Source of the DNA: an uncultured Pseudomonadota bacterium
Lineage (GTDB): Bacteria > Desulfobacterota > Binatia > Binatales > Binataceae
Assembly (NCBI GenBank): GCA_963804355.1
Contig: CAWDQC010000010.1
Span: 1 to 64,000 of the forward strand
Direction: 5' to 3'
Length of the DNA stretch: 64,000 nt
A program made the translations under genes and the position numbers. Of this stretch, positions 27,902-40,399 are shown piece after piece (within the stretch, counting starts at the first letter, position 1; every line of letters begins with the position of its first letter). The notes below the pieces were generated by a model that worked only from the letters and a program-made list of their open reading frames with translations, did no database searches and was not told the DNA's origin.

Positions 27902-30445
27902 TTAAGAACGCATCGGGCGGGTCGCGGTGACCCGCCCGGATGCGTGTTCGGTATAGAAGAAATGGTTAGGAAAGGTTCGGCGAGACAGGGGTATCGTCGT
28001 CGCCTTCTTCCACGATCGCCTTATTTTCGCCTTCGTCCGCGAAAAGTAAAGCGGCTTCGGGCCGATGGGGTCTCAGGAACGTCTCAGGATTGGCGAGCAC
28101 GAGCGCTTGCTTCAGCACGTCGTCCATGTGCTCGACCTTGACCAGGTGTAATGTTCTTGAGCACTTGTTGCGGGATGTCGTCGACGTCCTTTTCGTTTTC
28201 CTTGCGGCATCAGGACCGTCTTGATGCCGCCGCGATGGGCCGCGAGGACCTTTTCCTTGAGCCCGCCGATCGGCAGTACTCTGCCGCGCAGCGTTATCTC
28301 ACCGGTCATCGCGATGTCGTTACGCACCTTGACTCGACACAGAGCCGATACGAGCGCGGTCGCCAAGCGTGATTCCGGCCGACGGGCCGTCCTTTGGAAT
28401 CGCGCCCTCGGGGATGTGAATGTGGATGTCGATCTTCTGGTAGAAGTCCGAGGACAGGCCCAGCTGCTCCGAACGCGAGCGGACGTATGACAAGCGCCGC
28501 TTGCGCACTTTCCTGCATCACCTCGCCCAGTTGGCCGGTGATCGTGAGCTTGCCCCGGCCAGGGACAATCGTCACTTCGACGCTCGAGCAATCTCGCCGC
28601 CCAGTTCGGTCCAGGCGAGCCCGGTCGCGATCCCGATCTGCGGCTGCGTTTCGGCTATGCCGTAACGGAACTTCGGCGGGCCGAGAATTTCAGCAGGCTC
28701 GACGCCGAGACTTTCACATGGGCGTTGCGATCGGTTTTGACCACCTCGACCGCGATCTTGCGGCAGACCGAAGCGATCTCCCGCTCGAGATTGCGAACTC
28801 CCGCTTCGCGGGTGTAGTGGCGGATGATGCTCAGGATTGCCCGGTCGGAGAACTCGATGTTCTCCTCACTCAGGCCGTTGGCTTCCCGCTGCTTGTGCAT
28901 CAGGTACTTCTTCGCAATCTGGAGCTTCTCCGATCTCGGTGTAGCCCGGCGATGCGGATGATCTCCATACGATCCTGCAGCGGCCGCGGAATCCGGTCCA
29001 GCGTATTCGCGGTGGTGATGAACATGACCTTGGAGAGGTCGTAGTCGCAATCGAGGTAATGGTCGTTGAAGGTGTAGTTCTGCTCAGGGTCGAGCACTTC
29101 CAGCAGCGCCGACGACGGATCGCCGCGGAAATCGGTCGACATCTTGTCGACTTCGTCGAACAGCAGAACCGGGTTGCCCGAGGTGGCCTTGCGCATGCTC
29201 TGGATGACTTTCCCAGGCAGTGCGCCGATATAGGTGCGACGATGGCCGCGGATTTCGGCTTCGTCGCGCACGCCTCCAAGCGAGACGCGGACGAACTTAC
29301 GCCCGGTGGCGCGCGCTACCGACTTGCCGAGTGAGGTTTTGCCGACTCCCGGAGGCCCAACCAGGCAGAGGATAGGACCCTTGAGCTGTCCGACCAGGGT
29401 CTGGACGGCGAGGTACTCGAGAATACGCTGCTTCACCTTCTCGAGGCCGTAATGGTCCTCTTCAAGGATGCGCTCGGCTTCCTTAATATCGAGCTTGTCT
29501 TCCGTGTATTCGAACCACGGTAGCGCCAGGAACCAATCGAGATAGTTGCGAACGACGGTCGCCTCTGCCGACATCGGGCGACATCATCTTGAGCTTCTTG
29601 ATTTCGCGCTCACACTTCTCGCGCGCCTCGGCAGGCATCTTCTTCTGGCGAAGCTTTTCTTCGAGTTCCTGGATCTCGTTCTTGAACTCGTCCTTCTCGC
29701 CGAGCTCCTTCTGAATCGCCCGCATCTGCTCGTTGAGGTAGTACTCCTTCTGGGTCTTCTCCATCTGCTTCTTGACCCGGGAGCGAATGCGTTTTTCGAC
29801 TTCGAGGATCTCCAGCTCCGAGCGCATATAGCCGAGGATGCGTTCGAGACGCTCCGCCGGATTGGTGCATTCGAGCAGCGATTGTTTGTCTTCGAGCTTG
29901 ATGCCGAGATGGCCGACCAGTTTGTCGGCGAGGTAGGCGGGGTCGTCCACCGCCGCGATCGACGTGACCATCTCAGGCGGAATCTTCTTGTTGAGGCGCA
30001 CGTAGTTGTCGAAGGTGGCGTTAACCGAACGCATCAGCGCCTCGACCTCGGTCGTGCGGTCACAGACCTCCTCGATTTCCTCGACTTCAACCTGGAAGAA
30101 TTCGTCCTGGCTGGCGTAGCGCACCACACGCGCGCGCTTCTTGCCCTCGAGCAGTGCCTTCACCGTACCGTCGGGGAGGCGGAGAAGCTGCACGACCACT
30201 CCAAGGGTGCCGATGGTATAGATATCGTCCGGTCCGGGCTCGGACACGCGAGCATCCTTTTGAGCCGCGAGCAGAATGGGTTTCTTTCCGGACTCCGCAG
30301 CCTCGAGCGCCTTTATCGACTTCTGGCGGCCGACGAAGATTGGATAGACTTCGTGAGGAAAAACAATCAGCTCCCTTAGGGGCAGCAGAGGAACGCTTTC
30401 ATTCGAGGAGGCGCGCTTGTCTTTTTTATCGTTTCGGAAAAGCAT
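27902..30445 (-). CDS. lon: ATP-dependent Lon protease, ~847 aa, fragmented by five or more single-base frameshifts
   Basis: The Lon N-domain is in ORF 29483-30445. The AAA+ module ([15 protein letters not shown], Walker B LLFDEVDK) is in ORF 28900-29574. The protease domain (…[10 protein letters not shown]…, catalytic Ser region) spans ORFs 28320-28655. The C-terminal frame ends at 27902. One frameshift site I checked carries an extra C (CC vs C). Confidence 0.85.
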
Positions 30446-30468
30446 TTCCGTTAATCCCGATCTCTCGC

Positions 30469-31730
30469 TTAAGCTGTTTCAGCGGTCTTTTGATAGACCA
30501 GCAGAGGCTGCTCTTTCTGAGTCACAACCTCCTCGGAGATCATTACCTCCTTGATATTGGGTTGGGACGGAATCTCGTACATCAGGTCGACCATGATGGC
30601 TTCCATTATAGCACGGAGGCCACGCGCACCCGACTTGCGCTTCAGGGCTTCGCGCGAGATTGCGCGAAGGGCTCCCTGGGTGAACTTCAGATGGACGTTC
30701 TCCATATCAAACAGCTTCTGGTACTGGCGTACCAGCGCGTTCTTAGGCTCGGTGAGGATGCGCACCAGGGCTTCTTCGTCGAGCTCGCCCAGCGTCGCGA
30801 TGACAGGCAGACGTCCGACGAATCCGGGAATCAAGCCGAATTTGAGCAGATCTTCCGGCTGAACTTCGTTCAGCAGTTCGGAGACCGTGCGCGGGTCGCG
30901 ATGGGTCAGGTCGGCGCGAAAGCCCATGGTCTTGCCGGCGATTCGCCGGCGGATGATGTCGTCGAGTCCGACGAAGGCGCCGCCGCAGATAAAGAGGATG
31001 TTGGTGGTATCGACCTGCAGGAATTCCTGCTGCGGATGCTTGCGGCCGCCCTTGGGCGGTACGCTCGCCATCGTGCCCTCGATGATCTTGAGCAACGCCT
31101 GCTGGACGCCTTCGCCCGAGACATCGCGCGTGATCGAAGGGTTGTCGCCTTTGCGTGCGATTTTGTCGATTTCGTCGATATAGACGATCCCGCGCTGGCA
31201 GCGTTCGATATCGTAATCGGCGTTCTGCAGCAGCGACAGGATGATGTTCTCGACATCCTCGCCGACGTAGCCGGCCTCGGTCAGCGAGGTGGCATCGGCG
31301 ATGGTAAACGGCACCTGGAGGAAGCGCGCGAGAGTCTGCGCAAGCAGGGTCTTCCCGACGCCGGTCGGACCGATCAACAGGATGTTGGATTTTGCAGCTC
31401 GACCTCGCCGGTCACCATCTGCGAGTCGATACGCTTGTAGTGGTTGTGGACCGCGACCGAGAGGATTTTCTTGGCGCGTTCCTGGCCGATCACATATTGA
31501 TCGAGGACACGCTTTATCTCGGCGGGTTTGGGCACCGCTGAAGTCTGGCTGAAAGCCTCTTCGTTGTCGGTCTCCTCGGCGATTATGTCGTTACAGAGGT
31601 CGATGCATTCGTCGCAGATATATACCGTCGGGCCGGCGATAAGCTTGCGCACTTCGTCCTGGCTCTTGCCGCAGAACGAGCACACCAGGTTGCCCGAGCG
31701 GTCGTCATGTTTGGCCATACTGCCTCCCAC
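30469..31730 (-). CDS. clpX: ATP-dependent Clp protease ATP-binding subunit ClpX; one frameshift at 31375
   Basis: The Zn-binding N-terminus [17 protein letters not shown]…CDECIDLC is in ORF 31374-31730. Walker [17 protein letters not shown] and the rest are in ORF 30469-31377. The break is an A4 run where A5 would restore …[15 protein letters not shown]…. Confidence 0.9.
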
Positions 31731-31733
31731 GGT

Positions 31734-32330
31734 TCACTTGGAGGACCTCCGGCTTACGATTACCTCATCGATAAGCCCGTATTCAACCGCCTGTGCCGGC
31801 GGCAGGAACATATCGCGTTCAGTGTCTTTTTCGATCTTGCGGATATTCTGTCCGGTGTGACGCATGATGATGTTATTGACGATCTCGCGCATCCGCAAAA
31901 TCTCACGCGCCTGGATTTCGATATCCGTCGCTTGTCCCTGCGCACCGCCTAGCGGCTGATGAATCATAATGCGCGAATTAGGTAGCGCATAGCGCCGTCC
32001 TTTGGCGCCTGCCAGCAACAACACCGCAGCCATGCTTGCCGCCTGCCCGAGGCATAGCGTCGACACCTGCGGTCGAATGAATTGCATCGTGTCGTAGATG
32101 GCGAGTCCAGCGGTCGACCGATCCACCCGGTGAATTGATGTAAAGGCTGATCTCTTTGTCGGGATCTTCCGACTCCAGGAAGAGGAACTGCGCGATGATC
32201 AGGTTCGCCACATCGTCGTTAACCGGATAGCCCAGGATAACGATGCGGTCCTTGAGCAAGCGCGAGTAGATATCGTAGACCGCTCTCCACGGCCGCTCTG
32301 CTCAACGACGATCGGTACCAGGCTACTCAT
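31734..32330 (-). CDS. clpP: ATP-dependent Clp protease proteolytic subunit ClpP; two frameshifts
   Basis: The N-terminus is [17 protein letters not shown]…; …[46 protein letters not shown]… follows; and the C-terminal ORF 31734-32126 carries the catalytic region (…MIHQPLGG…). Confidence 0.85.
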
Positions 32331-32622
32331 GAGTTGCCGAAGCTCCACAACGGATACCGCAGTGGCAAAGTTCAAATACATCCCCGTACACAAAATTCTA
32401 ATCAGTTTGCCAAAAACGGGCAACCTAAAAGCGAAAAACCAGTAAACAGTTTCGCTATCCTGTCGCGCCGTCCTTGTTGACAAAAGCAACCTACGCCTAT
32501 CGCTCGGATCGGCTTACAGTCACCGACTCGAATCCTTGTACATTTTCGACGACTCCGCGCTCTTATTCACGGCTCGCCGCGATCGGGAATACCGATCGGA
32601 GCGCGCGAAGCCGTTCGTCCGG

Positions 32623-33955
32623 TCAGCCCTCAACAGGAGTTTCGCCTGCCGGTGCTTCGCTGGCCGGCGCGTCTTCGATTTGTGCGCGGCTGAGCAAAAG
32701 ATCGAGCGTCTTTTCGCGCATCAACGAAACCTTCAGCGCCGCGCGGTTTTCTTCGTGGCTATAGAACTCAGCGGCACGATCGCGTTGACGGCCGCTTTGC
32801 GTGACGATTGCGGCGACGCGGTCGGCGACCTCGTCGTCGCTGACCTCGACTTTTTCCTGCTCCGCGATCGCGTCGACGATGAGTTCGCTCTTGCGCGCGC
32901 TTCTCGGCCCGAGCCTTAACGTCCTCGGGGTTCTGCCGCGCGCGCTCCAGCGCCGCTTCATGCGGGATACCCGCGGATTCGAGCGCCATCACGGTTTCGG
33001 CCTCGAGCGCCCGCTGATCGCGCGCGACCAGGGACTCGGGTACTTCGACCGGGTTGCGCTCCACGATCAGATCGAGCAATCCCTGACGCGCCCGTGCGTC
33101 CGCTTCGCTGCTGAGCCTGCTTCTCGAGACCCTCGCGCACGGCCGCGCGCAACTCACCGAGATTCTGATACTGCCCCTGATCCTTGGCGAACTCGTCGTC
33201 CATTTCGGGCAGCACGCGGGTGAAAATTTCCTTCACCGTGGCGTGCCATTCGACGGTTTTCCCGGCGATATCCTTTTCGGTGTAATCCTCGGGATAGCTG
33301 CGCGACTTTTGCACCTCGACTCCCATCTGCGCGCCTCGCAGCACCTCATCGAGTCCGTGCGCCAGCACACCGGTTGCAACATGGACCAGTCGGTCTTCCA
33401 TCTTGGTTCCGGGAATCGCATTGCCGTTCTCGAAGCCCTCGAACGCGGTCACGGCGAAATCACCTTCCTCGACCACGTTCGCGTCCCTCGACCTTCTTCA
33501 GGGTTGCATGACGTTCTCGCAGGCGTTCGAGCGCGGAATCAATTTCGGCCTCCGTGACTTCGAGCTGCGCCTTGGGAACCTTCAGCCCCTCGTAGTCCTC
33601 GAACCAGCAGCGCCGGTTTTAGATCGAAGGTTGCGCTGAAACGGAGCTGAGCTTTTTTGAGGTCGCTCTCCTCGGTCACGATCTCGGGTTCGACCACGGG
33701 TTTGAGATCGTTCTCGTCCAGGGCGCGACCAGTGTATTCCTTGACCAGCTTCTGGATGACGTCGCCGCGCACCTGGTCGCCGAAGAAGCGCTCAAGGAGT
33801 GTGCGGGGCGCTCGACCAGGCCGGAAACCCTTAAGTTGGACCGAGCGCTTGAGATCTTTATAGGCGCGATCGAGCTCCTGGTTGATCTCGACGGGCTCGA
33901 GCTCGATCGTGATTTTGCGCCGAAGCGCCGAAGTAGTCTCAATATTGACGTTCAT
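32623..33955 (-). CDS. tig: Trigger factor (ribosome-associated peptidyl-prolyl isomerase chaperone); three or more frameshifts
   Basis: The N-terminus is MNVNIETTSALRRKITIELEPVEINQELDRAYKDLKRSVQLKGFRPGRAPRTLLER (the ribosome-binding GFRxGxxP motif). The C-terminal frame ends at 32623. tig-clpP-clpX-lon is canonical synteny. Confidence 0.8.
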
Positions 33956-34325
33956 GGCTAGTAGGTCAGCTAAACATAAGCACGTTGGCGCGATCAACAA
34001 TGATGTTTGAGAATAGAGCTCATCTTTAAGACAGAAGAATCTCCCGGGGGGCCGCGCCTGTTGCTTTTTCCGCATCGCACCCGGAGTCTCTAAAGTGGCC
34101 CTAATATGGCGCGAAGTGGCGCGACTACACCTATTTTGTTTCCCCAAGACGCGCAGGTTTTTGCCACGCTATCCCACATGAGAATTTGCTGGACATGGTC
34201 ACCCGGAAAACCTAAACTGCGCCAGATCATTTGAGCGCCCAATGGCTGACCGTATCGGCTGCAAAATCAGGCTGACAACGGACCGAGGGTAACTCTGTAC
34301 TTCATCAGCAGGAGACTTGATTAGA

Positions 34326-36612
34326 TGAGCGAAGCAAGAATCATTCTGCCGCCCCTTACCGCTATGCAGGATATATCCTGTGGGCGGTCCTAGGGTCGGC
34401 TCTAATTGCCCTGCTTTATGGCTGGTGGCTGGTCCGGGACGTTCTCTCGGCTGACCCCGGCCCGAAAACGATGACCGACGTGGCAGACGCCGTCTACGAA
34501 GGTTCGATGGCGTACTTGAAGCGACAGGTTAAAACGATGATTCCCTTCGTCATCGTTATCGCGGTCGCGTTGCTTCTGATGTACCGGGCGATCTATCCGG
34601 ATCGACCGGGCCTCTCCTTCGGAATCGCGTTCGCCTTTGTTCTTGGGGTGAGCGCTTCCTACTTCGCGGGATTCGTCGGGATGTGGCTGGCGGTCAGAGG
34701 TAACGTCCGCAGTGCGAACGCTGCCCTGACGAGTTTCAAGGACGCGATGGAGCTGGCGTTCAAGGCCGGCGGCGTCTCGGGAATGTTCATCGTCGGACTG
34801 GGCCTGCTGGGGGCGACGATAATTTTCCTGGTTTTTCAGCAGGACGCCATGAAGGTCCTGGTTGGATTCGGGTTCGGCGGCTCATTGGCCGCCCTTTTTA
34901 TGCGCGTCGGCGGCGGTATCTATACCAAGGCGGCTGACGTCGGCGGCGACTTGGTCGGCAAGGTCGAAGCCGGAATCCCCGAGGATGACCCTCGTAACGC
35001 GGCCACGATCGCTGACAACGTTGGCGACAACGTCGGCGATTGCGCCGGTATGGCTGCCGATATCTTCGAGTCCTACGAGGTAACTCTCGTCGCGGCGATA
35101 ATCCTGGCCGCCTATGCGCTCGAAGACCCGGCTTTTATCAGCACCTACAGCGGCTTCGCCGGAGCGCCAGCGCGTTTGCGATGAGGCTCATCATCTTCGC
35201 GCTTATCCTGCGAGCGGTCGGCGTGTTCTTCTTCGATTCTCGGAATAATGGCAGTGCGGGTGCCGGCCGGCTCCGCGATGCGCGATCCGATGCGGCCGAT
35301 CAACATGGGCTTTATGACGTCGGCGATCGCGTCGATAATCGGCTTCTTCATCGTCAACTACTTCTATATGACGGACGCTACGGGCGCGGTCGATTGGCGT
35401 TTCGCGATTACCGCGACCCTCGGCGTGGTGCTCGCGGTCGTCACGCTCTGGCTGACCAACTACTTCACGCATCCGGAACGCAAACCCGTTACCGAGACTG
35501 CGCAGTCCGCGCGCACCGGCCCGGCGACGCTGATTCTCTCCGGCTTGGGCGAGGGACTCGAATCGTCGGTTTGGGCGCTGATTGTTATCGTTCTCGTGAT
35601 CATCGGGGCGGTCGTAATCTTTCACGAATCTCGCGCCCTGCAGTTCTACGGGATAGCGCTGACCGGACTCGGCCTGTTGACGACCACCGGATTCATCCTC
35701 GCGATGGACACCTATGGCCCGATCACCGACAATGCCCACGGAATCTTTGAGATGGGTGGAATCCACCAGGAAGAGGCCTCGCGCACGCTTTCGTGGATGG
35801 ATGCCATCGGTAACACCACCAAGGCATTGACCAAGGGCCTCGCGATCGCGACCGCAGTCATCGCGGCGATTTCGCTGTTCCAGTCGTTCATCGACGCGGC
35901 GCATCTCGGCGCGATGGGCGTTCAGATTAACGGACCGATGGTATTCGTCGGCTTGATGATCGGAGGGGCAGTTCCTTTTCTCTTCAGCTCCTTCGCGATT
36001 AAGGCGGTCGGCCGCGCTGCTTACCAGGTCGTTTTCGAGGTACGGCGTCAGTTCCGCGAACATCCGGGTATCATGGAAGGGAAAGAGCTGCCCGATTACG
36101 GCCGTTGCGTCGATATCGTCACGGCTACGGCGCAGAAAGAGCTGCTCAGCCCGGCGATCCTTGCCGTGTTTGCGCCATTGCTGGTCGGTTTCGGACTCGA
36201 TGCCGGCGCGCTCGGTGGTTTTCTCGGCGGCACCATCCTGACCGGTCAATTGCTCGCGGTCTTCATGGCGAATGCGGGTGCGAACTGGGATAACGCCAAG
36301 AAGAAGGTCGAAGACGGCTACCTGGGCGGCAAGGGAACCGAGGTTCACAAGGCCACGGTCGTGGGCGATACGGTGGGCGACCCCTTCAAGGATACCGCCG
36401 GTCCCGCGCTCAACCCGATGATCAAGGTGATGAACCTGGTCGCGATCCTGGCCGCGCCGTTCACCACAACGGTGGTTGGCGATGTGACGACGCGCCGGGT
36501 GCTCATTACGATCCTCTCGATCGTGGTGCTAACGATCGCAGTGGTGCTGTCGAAACGCGGCTCGATTGCCGAGGAGCAGTCCGCGGGCGGACAAAGCAAG
36601 CAAGCCGCATAG
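34326..36612 (+). CDS. hppA: Membrane-bound proton-translocating pyrophosphatase (H+-PPase / V-PPase); two or more frameshifts near 34380 and 35180
   Basis: Signature motifs are GGIYTKAADVGGDLVGKVE and DNVGDNVGDCAGMAADIFESYEV, with many TM helices. The C-terminal 454-aa ORF 35248-36612 is intact. The N-terminus is reconstructed from three frames. Confidence 0.85.
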
Positions 36613-36721
36613 CGCCTCATTATTCCTTCAACCAGCAATCGACGGCCGCGTATCCTTCGGGATCCGCGGCCGTCGCGTTCTCAGCGCCAGCGGCTCGTCT
36701 GCCGGCGAGGTGCCCGGCGTT

Positions 36722-37366
36722 TTAATCCATAACTTCGTCGATGAATTCGCTGACCGTCGCGATGGCGACGGCGAGGTTTTGCGCCTCGGTCCGTCCCGAA
36801 CTAGCCCTCGGCTTGAGGGAATGGTCGCCATCTTCAATCCATTCGATCTTTATTTTTCGGGAGAGCTTGTAGCGTTCGACTTCCTCGGACCGGCCGAAGG
36901 TATCGCGAGTCCCCTGGACTATGAGAGCGGACGTTTTCAGCGTCTCCAGGTGCTTCACGCGCGAAGGGCGCGCCGCTTGGCCCGGCGGATGGAACGGATA
37001 TCCGAGACATACCAGTCCACGCACGCCAGCCTCGTCCGCGACCATGCTCGCGATGCGTCCGCCCATCGACTTGCCTCCGATCACTACACGCTCCCCACCG
37101 CCGAGGCGGGTGATCACTTCCCGCCAAGCCTCGATCAGCACCGGCTCGCGATCGGGAGCACCGCGTTTGCCGGCGGTCCGGCGCGCCTTCATGTAGGGGA
37201 ATTCGAAGCGAACGACGCGGATTTTATTTTCAGCCAGCCCTTGCGCGACGGTATTCATGAACGGCGAATCCATCGCGGCGCCGGCGCCGTGCGCCAGCAC
37301 GATTGTCTTCCGACTGCCGCGTGGTCCATCGATTAGCAGGTCATCCGGGAGATTATCGTCCTTCAT
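36722..37366 (-). CDS. Alpha/beta-fold hydrolase (KANL3/Tex30-type predicted hydrolase)
   Basis: Nucleophile elbow GKSMGG, with His-containing motifs downstream (…YPFHPPG…, …DGDHS…). 214 aa. Confidence 0.7.
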   Translation of the reverse strand: MKDDNLPDDLLIDGPRGSRKTIVLAHGAGAAMDSPFMNTVAQGLAENKIRVVRFEFPYMKARRTAGKRGAPDREPVLIEAWREVITRLGGGERVVIGGKSMGGRIASMVADEAGVRGLVCLGYPFHPPGQAARPSRVKHLETLKTSALIVQGTRDTFGRSEEVERYKLSRKIKIEWIEDGDHSLKPRASSGRTEAQNLAVAIATVSEFIDEVMD

Positions 37367-37416
37367 GCCGGCTCCTTACTTGACGCTATCCCTGACAGGA
37401 CTGCGCTGCACGCTAT

Positions 37417-38345
37417 ATGATCCAGCGCATGGCTTCGCAACCGAAGGGCGGCACGCCGCCGCCCGTGATGACAAGTTCTCCCACTGGCACCTTCTATACC
37501 GAGGATCGCTACTTCGGCGACGTCTACCATCATCTGCTGACGTCGTCGTGGCCGGCGCTGCTGCTGCAGATTGCCGGCGCTTTCGCCCTGGCCAATGCTT
37601 TTTTCGCACTTGCCTATTTGCTCGACGGAGGTATCGCGAACGCTCGTCATGGCTCCTTCGCCGACGTCTTTTTCTTCAGCGTCGAAACCATGGCGACGAT
37701 CGGCTACGGGCAAATGTCCCCGGTTTCGTTCATCTCCCACGTCCTGATGAGTATCGAGGCACTGACCGGACTGATCAGCATCGCCCTCATCACCGGTCTC
37801 ATATTTGCCAAGTTTTCCCGCCCAACGGCGCGCGTCCGCTTCACTCGAGTTGCCGTGATCTCCAAGCGCGACGGCCTGCCCAGCCTGATGTTTCGGATGG
37901 CCAATGTGCGTCGAACCAGATCGTCGAAGCGCAAATTCACGTCGTGCTGGCGCGGCAGGAGTTCACCGTCGAGGGCGAAGAGGTGCGGCGCTTTCATGAC
38001 CTCTCCTTGTCTCGTCATCGCAATGCGATCTTTGAATACTCCTGGACCGCGATTCACCAGATTGATGCCGAAAGTCCTCTTTTTGGTGCGACGCCCGAGT
38101 CGTTGTTCGAAACCCGTGCCGGCGTGATCGTCTCGTTGACCGGTATCGACGAGACTTTCTCGCAGACCATATACGCTCGTCACACTTACGGCGCTATCGA
38201 TATCGTCTGGGGCGCGCGCTGGCCGATATCACGACGCATACACCAGCTGGCAAGTTCGCACTCGATATGTCGAGATTCGATGAAATCGGTCCCGCGGAAA
38301 TGCCGGTTTGGGACGACAACCGCGGCCGCCGACTGACAATCGCCA
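37417..38345 (+). CDS. Prokaryotic inward-rectifier potassium channel (KirBac family); two frameshifts (~37915, ~38215)
   Basis: Selectivity filter TIGYG lies within VETMATIGYGQMSPVS, flanked by TM1/TM2 helices. The cytoplasmic domain matches KirBac1.1 blocks (IHDLSLSRHRNAIFEYSWTAIHQIDAESPLFGATPESL…). Confidence 0.8.
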
Positions 38346-38416
38346 TTTGAGTTTTCTCGCCACGGAGTCGTAGGCTCTTTGCGCATCGGTTTTCGATCGG
38401 AAAGGAAGTGCACAAA

Positions 38417-39282
38417 ATGGAAATTGCTTGGATCGGCACCGGAATCATGGGCGCGCCGATGGTGCGCCGGCTTCTTCGCGCGGGCCATCGCGTACGCGTC
38501 TTCAATCGTAGCCCGCAGAAAGCTCGCGCCCTTGCCACCGACGGCGCGAGTGTGGCAGCCGAGATAGCCGAAGCGGCTCGCGGCGCCGAGGCCGTGTTCA
38601 TCATGGTGCCCGATACGCCCGACGTCGAAGCGGTCGTCGCGAAGCTGGAACCGGCCCTGGCGCGCGGCCAATTCGTCGTCGATATGAGTACGATTGCCCC
38701 CGCCGCCGAACGCACTATCGCGCAACGGCTTGCGGCCAAGGGCGTCGAATACCTCGACGCGCCGGTGTGCCGGCGGCGAGACCGGCGCTATCGAAGGCAC
38801 CCTCACGATCATGGTGGGCGCGACCGGCGAAGCATTCACGCGCGCGCGTCCATTGCTCGAATTGATGGGCAAGCGATAGCTCACATGGGTGGTCCCGGCA
38901 CCGGACAGACCACCAAGCTCGCCAACCAAATCGCCGTTGCTGTGACTCTCGAAGCCGCCGCGGAGGCGCTTCTCTTTGCACGCCAGAGCGGTCTCGATCC
39001 TGCCAAGGTGCTCGAGGCTATCGGAGCGGGCGCCGCGGGTTCGTGGCAACTCAGCAACCTTGGCCCGAAAATTATCGAAGGTGACTTCCGCCCGGCTTTT
39101 TCATCAAGCTGATCCGCAAGGATCTGCGTCTTGTCGCTCAAGCGGCGAACGAGAACGGTCTGGCCTTGCCGGGCCTCGGCTTGATGACCTCGATGTTCAA
39201 CTCGGCCGCTGCTCTGGGCCATGACCTCGACGGCACCCAGGCGGTCGCCGCCGCGCTCGACCGTATCGCGACGCTCAAGTAG
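38417..39282 (+). CDS. NAD(P)-dependent 3-hydroxyisobutyrate/tartronate-semialdehyde dehydrogenase-family oxidoreductase; two frameshifts (38770-38880)
   Basis: The N-terminal Rossmann motif IAWIGTGIMGAPM and the HIBADH-family signatures (…DAPVSGGETGAIEGTLTIMVGA…, …GTGQTTKLANQI…) are recovered by joining ORFs 38408-39112 and 38694-38879 with the frame that ends at 39282. Confidence 0.75.
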
Positions 39283-39307
39283 CAGCGGCCTTGGAGGCAC
39301 CAGGATC

Positions 39308-40366
39308 ATGAAACGAAACTATTGGGAAATCGTGCAGTCGATGCCTGCCGCGGATCTGACCGATCTGATGCGCCGCTTCGAAGACCAGGGTCTGTACGGC
39401 GTATGGGTGCCGCAACTGCACTTTCCGCCGTTCCCGACCCTCGCCGCGATCGCGATGGTTACGACTCGGCTCCAGCTTGGTTCGGGAATCGCGCTGGCCT
39501 TCACGCGCAGTCCGATGGAAACGGCTTTGAGCGCACTCGATGTCGACCGACTGAGCAGCGGCCGGCTGGTGCTCGGATTGGGGACCGGTGTGCGCGACTG
39601 GAACGAACGCTCCTATGGAATCGTCTACGGCAAGCCGGTTACCCATTTGCGCGAGATTGTGACCACTGTCCGCGCGATCATTGAACAGGGCCATAGCGGC
39701 GACCTCGGTCAGATCGATGGCGCCTATCACAAGCTCGATCTGCGTGGATTCAACGTCGGCCGAAAACCCGTGCGCAACTCGATTCCGATCCATGTGCCCG
39801 CGCTGTTCGAGAATACCGTGGTGCTCGCCGGAGAGATCGCCGACGGACTCCTGGGTCACCCGGTGTGGTCGCTCAGATGGACCGCCGAACAATCGGCACG
39901 ACTCGATCGGACGCTCGCCGCCAAGGCCCGCAAGCGTGGCGATTTTCACGTAAATCTGTGGAGCTATGCCGCGATTGCGAACGATCGCCGGCAGGCCATC
40001 GATGATATGCGCGGCACCGTCGCCTTTTATTCGAGTGTCGCGCAGTACCGTAAATACTATGCCGCCCATGGCTTCGAGGCGCAGGCAGCGGCGGTCGTCG
40101 AAGCCGCCTCTCGCAAGGATACCGCCGCGATGCTCAAGGCGGTTCCCGACGAGATGGTGACGACCTTCGCGATCGCCGGCACCCCGGACGATGCACGCGA
40201 GCGGGTCGCGCAGATGTGGCAGTACGCCGATTCGATGACGCTGTCTCCTCCGCAGTTTTTCGTAAAGCGGCACGGCTCAACGATTATCGTAGTGCCATCG
40301 CCGATACCTTTACAAAATGTAGCCACCGCGACCGCCGCCCTCGACAGGATCGCCAGGCTCAAGTAG
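39308..40366 (+). CDS. Luciferase-like monooxygenase (LLM-class flavin/F420-dependent oxidoreductase)
   Basis: 352-aa TIM-barrel LLM pattern (…LYGVWVPQLHF…, …GRLVLGLGTGV…). The cofactor (FMN vs F420) is not decidable from sequence. Confidence 0.7.
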   Translation: MKRNYWEIVQSMPAADLTDLMRRFEDQGLYGVWVPQLHFPPFPTLAAIAMVTTRLQLGSGIALAFTRSPMETALSALDVDRLSSGRLVLGLGTGVRDWNERSYGIVYGKPVTHLREIVTTVRAIIEQGHSGDLGQIDGAYHKLDLRGFNVGRKPVRNSIPIHVPALFENTVVLAGEIADGLLGHPVWSLRWTAEQSARLDRTLAAKARKRGDFHVNLWSYAAIANDRRQAIDDMRGTVAFYSSVAQYRKYYAAHGFEAQAAAVVEAASRKDTAAMLKAVPDEMVTTFAIAGTPDDARERVAQMWQYADSMTLSPPQFFVKRHGSTIIVVPSPIPLQNVATATAALDRIARLK

Positions 40367-40399
40367 TACGGGTTCAGCCAGACCTCGGAGGTTTCCGCA

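Noticed and set aside
35203-36348. 381-aa minus-strand ORF antisense to hppA
   Set aside because: Low-complexity Arg/Asp-rich sequence overlapping the intact C-terminal two-thirds of the H+-PPase. It is a high-GC antisense artefact.
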